A stretch of 55,021 nt of DNA, counting the filler, from Sphacelaria rigidula (taxonomy: Eukaryota), in assembly GCA_964200075.2 (NCBI GenBank). It is 6 parts of 6 records of this genome, joined end to end, with 100 filler letters (N's around TTAATTAATTAA, not from the genome) between each part and the next. Parts side by side here need not be neighbours in the genome. Positions count along the whole stretch, not along the records: positions 9,189 to 18,276 come from CAXNAA020009336.1; positions 18,377 to 27,463 come from CAXNAA020009337.1; 4 more parts are not named here. One strand, given 5' to 3'. Numbering within the stretch: position 1 is the stretch's first letter; every line of letters starts with the position of its first letter. The notes under the pieces are model-generated. The model was not told where the DNA came from, searched no databases, and was given only the letters and a program-made list of their open reading frames with translations. Both the position numbers and the translations under genes were made by a program. This document shows, in pieces, positions 12,505-23,700 of this stretch.

Positions 12505-13768
12505 TTGTCGACACATTTCCAACGCACGAACGTCCGAACACTCACAGTGAATCTGACACAAGTTGTTCTCGACGGCCATGGTCGCTGTGGGATAGGGGTA
12601 TTCACCCCGCTTTTAGTCAAGCATTGTTCAGCCCGGGAACTGGCGCTAGTGGAGAGCTTGACTGGGGTGACGTGGAGGAAGGCCCCAGCCATTGGGTCGA
12701 CTGTGGGGGGGAAAGTGGCGGTGATCACGATCATAATTTCTAAACTCTCGCAATGTATACCGAAGGCGTTTGGTTTGCAAATGTTAGGCCGATGGCGGCA
12801 CCACCGTGCAGCGGTTGTGTTGCACGATCATCGGTGGTCTGCGATTAGAAGATGGAATGGTGACATTTTTTGTTTGTGTTGGCATACTTTCACAATTGCT
12901 GGTCTACGATGTGTCTGTCATGCTGCCACCCGAACCACAAGAGAAGATAGTACTCCTCGCACTCAGTCGCCGAGCGTTAGGGGGTGTACTTTCGGGATTG
13001 GGAGCCACCTTTTACGATGATGTATGTGTTGTTCGCATCACAGGTGCTTGAGCCGAGTGGCACATTCAATTGTCCGTGCTGCTTGTTTTGAGGACCCCTT
13101 TGTTGTTGTGGAGTGTTTGACAAGTGTCACGCTGCAACGGTATCGCGTGTCGATGCATGCAGGACTTCATCCTCGTTCATCCTTGAACGTAGGGCATAAA
13201 TGTTCCTGGGTTACTCATCGCCGATGAAGGAGTGGGGCCGCGAGACGCACCATGGTGGCGTCACCCCTACCTCAAGCACCCGCTTGTATAGGTTGAGCAG
13301 TTTCGCAGTAGTCGCTGTCGCTAGAATGGCAACAACGCACCCTGTCACGACTCTGAAAACTCGTGGGACCGGTGATCGATGCAAACATGATATCGGACGA
13401 AAACATTAGAGGGCAGATCAACGCACTGCGGTGCTCGTTGCTCAAGTGCTGACAGCGTGCACCCCGTTGGAAGCGCTTTTCTCGTTGTGCCGATCACGTT
13501 ACGTTCGGTCAAATGTCGTGGATATATGGGAGAGCAAAAAGCCAAGCAACAATACCGCGGAGTCAGCGCTACCACCGCATAATAATAATATCGAAAATCA
13601 AGCAGCAAAGTGAAAATGGTATCTGAGCAGGATAATCGCTATAGAGGTAGCCGCTCGCAGCCCGTTTACATGCTCGCGGTGCGGCCCAGCAGACGGCCAG
13701 GGAGCAGCGTCAAGTGCGTCTTCTTGCACATGGTTCCATGGGCAAGGCTCTCGAACCTTATCCTGGTC

Positions 13769-14170
13769 GACCCGGTGGCTCAGTTGATATCCTCGAAACC
13801 TTCTGACGGTTGGGTCGTGGGTTCGAATCTCGGTGGAGTCACACGATCTGGGATTTTTTCTCGCACGATGCCCGACAGTGGAGAACGGCTATCTATGTCG
13901 TGGGTACACAAAAGTCGACTTCACGGTCGACGAGGGAGCGGGACCACTGAATCCCTCTCGCGATATAAATTAAGGCAAGCACCGCAGAAGGAAGGCGGAA
14001 TACTAGAACAAGACCAAAAAAAGAACTCCCGTGCTGGCCTTCCTCCTGTGTGACTCCGGCTGATGCTTGCGCTCACATATATATGTACCGAAAGGTGTAG
14101 ACGAGCGTCCAGAATAGATGGAAAGACAACACGGAACACACAGCGCACACAGCAAATTCTCGAGCATATC
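13769..14170 (+). mobile_element. tRNA-derived SINE, copy 1
   Basis: The tRNA-like head has an A box (TGGCTCAGTTG), an anticodon-like arm (AACC-TTCTGAC-GGTT) and a B box (GGTTCGAATC). It is followed by a ~330-bp body shared with 21991-22330. Confidence 0.8.
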
Positions 14171-14447
14171 GTGCACTTCGCGTGCAGCATGATAAGCCAT
14201 TCGTCAGTACTTTAGCCTCAAAGGTGTATAGTAAGCTTCAGCATGACGAAATGTTTACTCAGAAAAGGTTTCAGATGTCGACTGAATATACAAGAAGCCC
14301 AGTCGCTTCACAAAAAATGGAGCAAGTCTTACTATTAACCTTCCGGTCTCGCACATCTAACGCCTAACGTTTGTCTTCCCTAATCAGCTCCACCCCGACC
14401 CGAGCCCTGCCTAGCACCACCGTCAAACTGTAACACTACACAGGAAT

Positions 14448-15898
14448 TCAATCATTTAGCATGCACAGCATTGCGCAACCCCGCCGGATCCAATGGTCCT
14501 CTGCCTTGTCGCTTGGCACTCGTAACGGTGCCACGAAGTTCGTGGAATGTCCAGTCGTCGACAAGGTCCCGGCCTAAGCATGTCGAAACAAGCGTCGGTT
14601 GCGTGCAAGTTGTGGTCGTTTGAATAGCTGCGGTAGTATGGGAGCGAACACTATCGATGCGAAAGAGCAGAACGAATGAATGCGCACTGTAGTTTACGGC
14701 GACACCGCGAACACGTGGAATATCAACGACGTGCTTCCTAAATTTTACTCCACAACCGCCGCTGCAATGCAGTACATGTTCTTGTCGAACATCTCTCCGG
14801 ATATGTGTTGACCATGCACGGTGCCCGCCTTGAAATCTTTTGAAGTATGTTCCCAAATTGCAAGATTGGACTCGGGGCACAGCGCGGTTTGTCATGGCCA
14901 CGCTGAACGTTGACATCTGTAAACGTTCACTTTTCTTGGAGGAGAAACCAGTGGAGGGTGGTTGACATCCGTTAACAGTTCAAGGTTATTCGTGTACCTG
15001 TACGCACACATCCACATTCTCCAGTACTTCTGTAGAAACCACAACGAACAACGTTCCCCTTCCTCACCCGCAGAGAAGTTTTGTACAAGGGACAGTTGTA
15101 GGAACTCTCTGCCTTCCCGCCGTCAGCGTCCTTCACCGCCGGTTTGAGCCAGATGCACGGCATCTCGTCGAAGAGCTGGCTAGGAATCTGTTTTGTTTGA
15201 TAATTAGTTCGTTGATTGACGAGAAAATAGCAGTACCCGAACGGCGATAGTCGCTAGTGACAACGCTGCGAGCAATGGTACGGTGCACACCATGTATGCT
15301 GTAGACGATCCCCTGCAAGAAAGAAATCTACTGTAGAATCTCTTCCGCCCATTCTGGGGGTTCTAAATGCTCCTAACGAACACTTTGCGCAGCGTTGAAA
15401 CTTTGGTGTAACTTCACCATCTCACGTCTCCGTGATGAGCATTCCCCGCATGGCGCTGTGTTCATTGCAGTCAGTTACTCTGCTGCCCCAATTCCGTGTC
15501 CCACCAACGCATGCTAGTATGAAAGCTGCAGCCGTTACAAAGCTACCAGACCACTAGCACGAAGGCATTCTGACGACCGTTAACTAGATGTAATCGAAAC
15601 TCGCTAGGGTCATGGAGGTCAGCGGAGGTAGCACCATGGTTTGGCAGCCGTGCTTGGTCTGGGCTCTCTCCGGCGATAGTTGTTGATTGCCGGATTGATG
15701 GGTTATCGCACTCAAAGTGATCTCCTAGTAAACCAACGGCGGTCGCAAGATGGACGTTCGTCTACACAGGAGGAATAGAAACGGAAACACTCATTGTAAT
15801 GGAGGAAGCTCAAGAAAGGGAGCAAACGAAAACATATACATGTATGTATATATAGCGAGAAAACAAATGAGGAAACTGAAGAACGAGAAGTAGACTAA

Positions 15899-15960
<62 letters not shown>

Positions 15961-16155
15961 GGAAGAAACCAAACAACAAAACAAGAGACATAGAGCAACA
16001 CAGAAAAGGAAGGGAAGCAGAGGAGAGAAAGGGGGGAAAATAAACTGATACCAAATATATATGCAGGACGGGTCATACTAGGACCAAGAATAAAACCCGC
16101 AAAGACTGGTCGACCCCTGCCGTATGTCGGTATGGGAAGCCGCACAAGATCAGTC

Positions 16156-16217
<62 letters not shown>

Positions 16218-17776
16218 TGACCATGGATGCAGTATGCGAGTCAGCTGTTCTGGAACACCACGCTACTCCGACATGAACTCTTATCCGCGAGACATTGCAC
16301 ATGTACAACACTCACAGACTCTGCCATGAGCATCTCATCCCGATCAAAGCGGGCACCTTCCATGAAAAGTCCATGTATGTAAACTCCATCGGTCGGACCA
16401 GAGCCGGCTGCGTCGGCCCCAAAAGGCATCACCTACACGGGTGGCGGTGCGGCCGTGTGGGGGGGGGGCAACGGAAGACAGTAAAGCGCCCGATCCACAA
16501 GCGCGCGATAGGAGACGTAGGACATCGGCAAGGTTTTCCTAACTACGATGGTGCCGTCTGCTCCCATCTTTAGATCGATCTTGATTCTTGTTTGGTCCGA
16601 GAAGGGTCGAGGTGGGAGCGGGAGAATCGGTTTCGCGCGAAAAAAAGAGGGATGGTCCCGTTGTCGCTAAAACGGACGGCTTCGTCGCTGAAACGTAGGA
16701 AACAAAAGAACTAGAGGAAAACAAAGCATTTATCTGGACATCACTTCTTTCATTTGAAAAGGTAAGAGAGACAGAGAGAGAGACCAGCCCCAACAACAAT
16801 GGATGTAACACAACGCAACAAACTACACTCGACTTACGGCGTCAGATCCAGTACGGTACAACCGCGAAAATTGCCAGCGACTGAAGTCGTCAAATATAAA
16901 CGCGCGGTGAGCCCAATGATCTGTCGACCTTGCTTCTTAAGCTGCGGTTGCACTGCTGAGTAACTCACAGGAAGGTCAACCGAGTAAAACATCTACTTTG
17001 CATGTATTCCGGACGGGCGTATCCACCCGATTCCCGTCAGCAAAATCGCGTTCTGAGGCACAGAGGCTCGAAAATGAAGCTCAGGCCAAGAAGCGTGACA
17101 CGAAATGTGTGTGACCCGCACAGCAAGGTTTCCATGTAATTACACCAGGAGACGCAGTTGCGTTTTTCACGTCCTACATAGCTGAAGAGCTTCAGTTTGG
17201 ACGTGCAAGGTTCAACAGTCCATCGCCGAATTTGAGGATGGAGCTTTTCATTGAGGATGATAACCCCAAAAAACTAAAGTCTTCCCATGTACACCAATTC
17301 CTCGAGATACGGTTTCATCTTTTCCTCCGCTGGTTGCTGTTGACAGCTACTACACACCATACAGATTTGGATTTTGATTACCGAAATTTTGGGGTCCTAG
17401 GTAAAAAACCAATTGCGGAGAATCTCGGCGAATCCGATCGCATCACCTGAATTCCTCAAAATCTTTTCTTGACAAAGGACCCAACATTTCGGTTATCGAA
17501 ATCCAAATTTGTGTGGCGTGTAAAAGTTGGTACTAGCTACCAGCGGATGAAGGAATGTGACCATATTTCGAAGAATTGGCGTGGATGCAAAGATTTTGAT
17601 TTTCCGGGTTATCATCCTCGATGAAAAGGCCCATCCTCAATTTCGACGATCGTTTTTTTTCGGTGTTTTGGATAGGATCAGATTTCCGTGTGTACTTTAC
17701 CTGGCTTCCGATAGTGAGTGTGTCGATGGCGATCTTGTAGTCTCGAGAATATGTCTGTTTCACGCCTGTCATAAAC
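14448..17776 (-). CDS. DNAH: Axonemal dynein heavy chain, C-terminal four exons (17776-17701, 16432-16316, 15187-15068, 14573-14448); 5' part lies off the contig
   Basis: The spliced translation [30 protein letters not shown]...[16 protein letters not shown]...[19 protein letters not shown]...[52 protein letters not shown] has the hallmark DHC C-terminal motifs. [13 protein letters not shown] is typical of single-headed inner-arm dyneins. All junctions are GT-AG and in phase. Confidence 0.95.
15900..16214. repeat. Two (CA)n microsatellites (15900-15958, 16163-16214) in a dynein intron
   Basis: Pure CA runs seen directly. Confidence 0.95.
17214..17656. mobile_element. Foldback/MITE family A, copy 3 (in a dynein intron)
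   Basis: TTGAGGATGGAGCTTTTCATTGAGGATGATAACCC ... GGGTTATCATCCTCGATGAAAAGGCCCATCCTCAA, with the same internal blocks as copies 1 and 2. Confidence 0.88.
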
Positions 17777-19871
17777 CTATAGTACATAAGAGTTCGGGCG
17801 TCGGCACGCGGGTACGCAGTTATAACAGGAGTCATATTAGACACAACTCATCGAGCACAATATATGCACGTGTAGCTCAGATTTCGGTTACCTGCAAAGC
17901 AAAATCCGCGCCGAGGATTACCGCGATATGTGGTGCACGTCTGGCTGGTGCGTACAGCCTTGAAAGGAGCTTTCTCGGCGATTGTGTTCTTAAGTGATCC
18001 TACGATACGGGGGGGAGGGGTGGGGAGTGCTTGATTCCGCGAAAAACAGGGGCTTATTTATAGGTGTATAATAATATACGACCTAACACGCTCACGGTGC
18101 GCGGGTATGTGTGAGGCAGTAAGATTGAGTGTGTCTCATTGGTACCGAACGCGCTCGGACAAAATTTCCTGCTTTCAACGAAGATTTGAAGTGCCATCTA
18201 TTTTTTTGGGGGGGAAAGCCCATAATACCTCCCCCCCCCCCCCCCCCCCCCCCCCCGCGCCAAACACACCCACGCGNNNNNNNNNNNNNNNNNNNNNNNN
18301 NNNNNNNNNNNNNNNNNNNNTTAATTAATTAANNNNNNNNNNNNNNNNNNNNNNNNNNNNNNNNNNNNNNNNNNNNTGCTCTTTCGTTTTTTTTTTTTTT
18401 TACTATGTTCGTTCCTCTTTGCGTTTGTGGGTGGGTTGGTTGGTTCCGTACTCATTTGCTGCTTGCCTTACTCGTTTGACCATTGACCATGCATCCCTTT
18501 CGAGACGGAGCACCGTTCCTACTCCTAATCGAGACACCTCTAAAATTTGGGTGCTCATTACGTTTCTTCCATACATCACACAAAAAATTTCACGTATCTT
18601 ATCCCCCCCCCGGGGGGGGGGAAGGCTACGTGCTGGGTCAGCCTAGAAGCGGAAGTGTATGCTTTAGGCGGAACTCAACTCAATTTCGAGATTTGAAATT
18701 CAAATTTTGGTACGGTAAATCGGTAGGGCAAAATAGAAAAGGTAATCTCCGCGCTCTGAATAGCTTTTCTCGAGTTAGAGGGCAAAGGACGATCTTAATT
18801 TCCACCAAAATACTCCTGACTCATGGCAAGAAAGAAATCTCAGGGTGGCGAACTTTTTGTTTTCTTATTATGCGCTACCGATACTTCACATTTTACACTG
18901 CAACTCTAGAAATTGAAGTGAAGATTCCAGATTACAGCCTAGGCCAGTCGAGATTCGGAGCAGTTTTTTGAAGGCCATCCACCAGCCCAGTTTTGATACT
19001 TGTGCTTTTAAATTTTGTGTGGAGAATCGCAAGGACAGAATACTGAACGAAGAAAAATATGCGGCGTGTTACTTTTTTCATGAGTTGAGTACGTCCAAGT
19101 GTCATAAGGACCACTACTTTCACGGGCATGTCCTTGATTCAAGAAAAAAATATTTGGACTACGCGGTGTTGAATTTGTTATGCCCCTGCAATTCTCCATC
19201 CTAAAATTTCAAAACAAAGCTCCGAAAATCGAGCTGAGAAATTAACTTGAGAGCCGAAAACAATAGAACTTTTCACGATAATGTCCTCAGGTCATGAAAA
19301 AAAATCACGGAGCTGATTTTTCTCAAGTGTACTCCACATCAAATCTCACGGCACAACTCTCGAACTTGAGATGAGAACCCCAGATTAGTGCATTTAGTGC
19401 ATCTGCCTGTAATATACCGAGTTCAGCATTGAGTATTACTTGCGACCGATCTCTGCGTAGACAACGAATTAGGTGAAGGTGAGGGTGCCCATCATTTTCC
19501 CGTGCTCCAGGAAATGCTCACACCGAAAATTACCAACCCACCATACAGATCATTCGGGGTTTCGTACAGACCTTAGGATGGAGATCTTTCCGTACGCTAT
19601 AGGATTTGCCCGACATGGCGTTTAATCAACGGAAAAAAAAATGCTCAAGATGTACGTGTAAAGCAGATGGGCATCCGCCCCTCGATTAGACGATGAAGAA
19701 GACGTGCGGATCACGGCCCAATTCGTCTTCATTGATGATATGTGACTGGTATAGCTTAAATCTGTTCTTAGGCAGGCCCAGCTCGTAGCTCGGAACTTTC
19801 CTGCTGACTTGGTCGTGATTCTCATGATGAAAACAACACGGGTCAAGTCCTAGAACTCAATAGTACCGCAC

Positions 19872-20744
19872 CTGGCAGCTATCCAACTCCTCTTGAGTCG
19901 CCCGAAGCTCCCGAGCAGAAGCGAGCGCCTTTCGGACTGCCTCCGGCGCTTGCCCTTGCCCCACCGACCCCTGTTGTGGAAAATAAGAAGACAAAACATA
20001 AAAAAACAAAAAAAGGGTTTTCAATATTTCATGGCAGCAAGATCTGCCTTCACAGTATAGTATATACAGCGTATGAAGAAGAAAGGGGGAAGGCACAAGA
20101 GACACAGTCAGCATTAGAACGTTTGATTATTTTCCTACACACGGTACCACGCCACGCCACGCCACGCCACGCCACGCCACGCCACGCCACGCCACGTCAT
20201 GGCGTGTCTCATCACATCACGGGTTCAAAAAGATTAAATATTCTCGTTTTTATTATTTCAAGACCCGTTCTCAACGTAGCGATACCACCCCCTCCTCTCA
20301 TTCTATATGCCGTACTGTAGGTGCAACTTCCTACACAATTACATTAAACGTTTTCGACATCCTGTTCCTTACATAGTGTGGAACAAAGTCATCTCGTCAA
20401 GAACGACCGTAAAAATCGGAGCTGTGCTGTCAACATGAGCTGTGTTGCGCAGGGACAGTAGAGCCTGTGCAAGTTGGCCGCCAGAATATCTGGTTGAACA
20501 AGTACTATCATAACATTCGGATTTTTAGGAGGCTGGCAGTCCCAGCTGCTCGGAAGCGTGCGCGTTATGCGAGCTCTAGCAACCTACTTTTTATCTTTTC
20601 ATTGACGGGTGTGTAGAATCCCGTCCTTCAGGGTACCGTGTTTTCCTGTTCGTGGGCATGTATATATATATATATACATATGTCCATATTTCCCTGTATT
20701 CTGTCTTCTTGTGCTAGGTTTCTGGAAAAGTGCTGACGTGAGAA

Positions 20745-20783
<39 letters not shown>

Positions 20784-23700
20784 CCTCAGACCAAGGGGAG
20801 ACCGCTGAAGGACATTCAGCTGGCTTTTATGTTTGGATTTGAATTGAAAAAATGTTTTCAGTATGCGATGCACAGTGTGGGCACAATAAGCTCCATATAT
20901 TATCCTGCTGAACGACCACGGAAGCTGAAAGAGATAACTCTGCCTGCCCCGAGGATTCTCGGGATACCTTGAATTGGGGTCATGGATAGGATTTTAGGGT
21001 TAGTATTTTAGGGTTACGGCTGCGGCTCAACGTGCGGCTCAACGAAAACAATTACACGTTATCTCAATAATGAATTTTGGCGACCCAACTCGCTTACCTA
21101 CGCAGGTATGATAACTAACTATCGGCACACGCGTTAAAAAAAGCACAAGGGAGACCAAGTGGTAACCACGTCTGTAATAATCGTATTGATCGATTGCGAT
21201 AGATGGATGGATCATGACACACTAATCCACGACGAACCCAGCCGTCGACAAGATGGACGTGTACTCTTGTGGTGAAGAAAAAAAAAAAAAACATGCTTGA
21301 TTTACTTGATTGATTGATTGATTGGTTGCAGCACATCAACTGATCCCAGAGAGAGCCAGTGATGGCCATTATCCACGAGAAAACCGTACCCAAGGTGAAC
21401 AAAGCAGGAGGCACTCGCTCGAAGAGAAAAACGGTTAAAACAAAAAGATAGACCAAACAACAGATGAACCTAAAAAAGGAAATAAAAGGGAAGAAGAAGA
21501 ACCATATTAGAAACGAATAAGGAACACTAGTCCCGATGCAAAAATCAACAATAAATACCGCCGGGGAACAGGGAACACCGAGCATAGGAACAGGACGCTG
21601 ACAAGTGACCCAATCGACGAACCCACCTCCGTTGCTCCGGGGTGGGCCTTCCGCTCAGCCTCCGCGAGAGCTTCGGCGAGCTGCGCAGCCGTCGCTTCGA
21701 GCTCGGTCTGCCTAGCTTGAGCCTGCCGCATCCACGTCCGATGTCTCGCGCCTGCCTCCTCCGCTTCGGTCTCGGCACGCGCCAAAGCTTCTCTCATCTA
21801 CACGTTCATACCCCGACAGCCACAGGGAGAAGAAGCACAAACAAAAAATGAAGACATGCGCGTTTCATGTGCCTGTACGTACATGTAGTCAACTATAGCA
21901 GCAAGAGAGGGATAAAGGATAGCAAAATACAGCATCAGCATGAGCATTACTAGCCTTACCACCACACCACCACCAATTATGTGTCCGGTCGCCCCTTCGG
22001 CTCATTTCGTAACCTCGAAACCTTCAGACGATTGGGATGTGGTTTCGAATCTCGGTGAGGTCACACGATCTGGTATTTTTTCTCAGATCACGTCCCAACA
22101 GTGGAAAGCGACTACGCCATCGGTACACAAAATTCGACTTCACGATCGACGAGGGCAAGAGAGCGCTGAACCCTTCTTACGATAAAAAGAAAGGGAAGCA
22201 CCGTAGAAGGAAAGTGGAGTGCTAAAAAGAAAAGAAAAAACTCCTGCAACCCCGGCTGATGCGCCCACATATACCGAAAAATGTACACTGGCGTCCAGAA
22301 CAGATACAATGGCAACACACATTGCACCAGAGGGCCCCCGGCTCAATCGTACGCCCGGTCTCGCCCCCTAAAATCCACAACGAAAAAAATATGAAAAAAA
22401 GAAAGACTTGGAGATATACACATAAGAACTGAGAACAGCAGGTTACTATAGTAGCACACGCATACTGGAGTATGATTCTGGAGTATAACAACGGAGTACG
22501 ACACACACATACACGTGCACACGCACACCTCCTCTGCTGAGCGGTCCTGACCCGAGCGCGCTATCTTGAGCTCCTCGAGAAGCTCCTCTTTCTCGTGCTG
22601 CAGTCGAGTGGCGGTGTCCTCTCTCTCCATCGCGAAAGTTTCGAGCGCTGTCAGCGCATCACGCCCCTGTGATACGTCGAGGATGAGGAACATGGTAAAC
22701 GATTATAGGTTTGGTGAGATTACGTTAGAGCCAGGGCTAGGGCAACAGGGGTATGGTGTTGTGTGCGAGTGCTATAGTCTGGGTTAGGACCAGGGTTAGT
22801 GCAGCATGGTGTGACATGCCGAGGTCAGAGAGGTAGACTCAGGATTTAGGGTTCGTGTGCTGGGAAACGGTATGCCGGTGTGTGTGAAACGACTGGGAAA
22901 AACGAGATCAACTATGCTCAACAATGGTAGATATGGCGCAGCATCGAGCCCTAGTCACCCGTTCTGTTTTCGAGGGCGTAAGCGAAGTGTGCCGCCAATC
23001 ACGAGCGGCCCCGTTACAGTTCCATACAGGATGCAGAAATTGGAATATAATATCAAGAAAAGTTATTTTTTGACGTGTTGCACTCGATGTTCTTCACATA
23101 GACACGGAAGCCTCTTCATCCCCAAAAACCGTTCCTGTTGTGTGTGTACTGCTACGCATCCAGCGACGTTGGCGAGGTTACCCATTTTTTTCTGTCGCGC
23201 CTGTGCGTTATAGTAGAGTATATTAAACATGAAAAGAACGAGATACAGACTTACAGGGCATGAAGAATATGCTACTCTCACAACCTTAGTTTGCGACCTA
23301 TACCACAATGTACAACACGCCACAGAGAGCGCAATCTGGCAACTTTGTAAACTTTGCTTCACACACAGCTAGCTTGCTTGGTAATTGCACGCGATGAGAG
23401 GGACCCCAGACAAGTCGACTGCTGGTCTATTCCTCCGTCACTCTTGTAGTACTGTAGCAACGGATTTTTCGTTTGTTCTCTCGAAGATAACTTAAAACAA
23501 TGTTTTCGTGAGATTGAGAGTAGAGCATTGATCGAGAGTGGGTTTTGCCATTCACTTTAGCGTGACCAATTTTTCATCTTGTGTGTGCCTTTCTTTGCTT
23601 GTAGCACTAGCGTGTGCTTACAGCTACACGTCGACATCCTCCTCAGAGATACCAAGGGCTTCAGTGGCAAGCTACTACAGAAAGCGTATCGGGCCCATCG

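Noticed and set aside
12214-13020. 268-aa Thr-rich ORF and overlapping poly-N/L/V ORFs
   Set aside because: The frames stay open because of the CAA microsatellite. There is no domain or splice support, and the surrounding 11.4-13.3 kb could not be assigned.
13769-13841. Functional tRNA gene
   Set aside because: The acceptor and D stems pair poorly, and similarity to the second copy extends ~300 bp beyond the tRNA part, which indicates a SINE.
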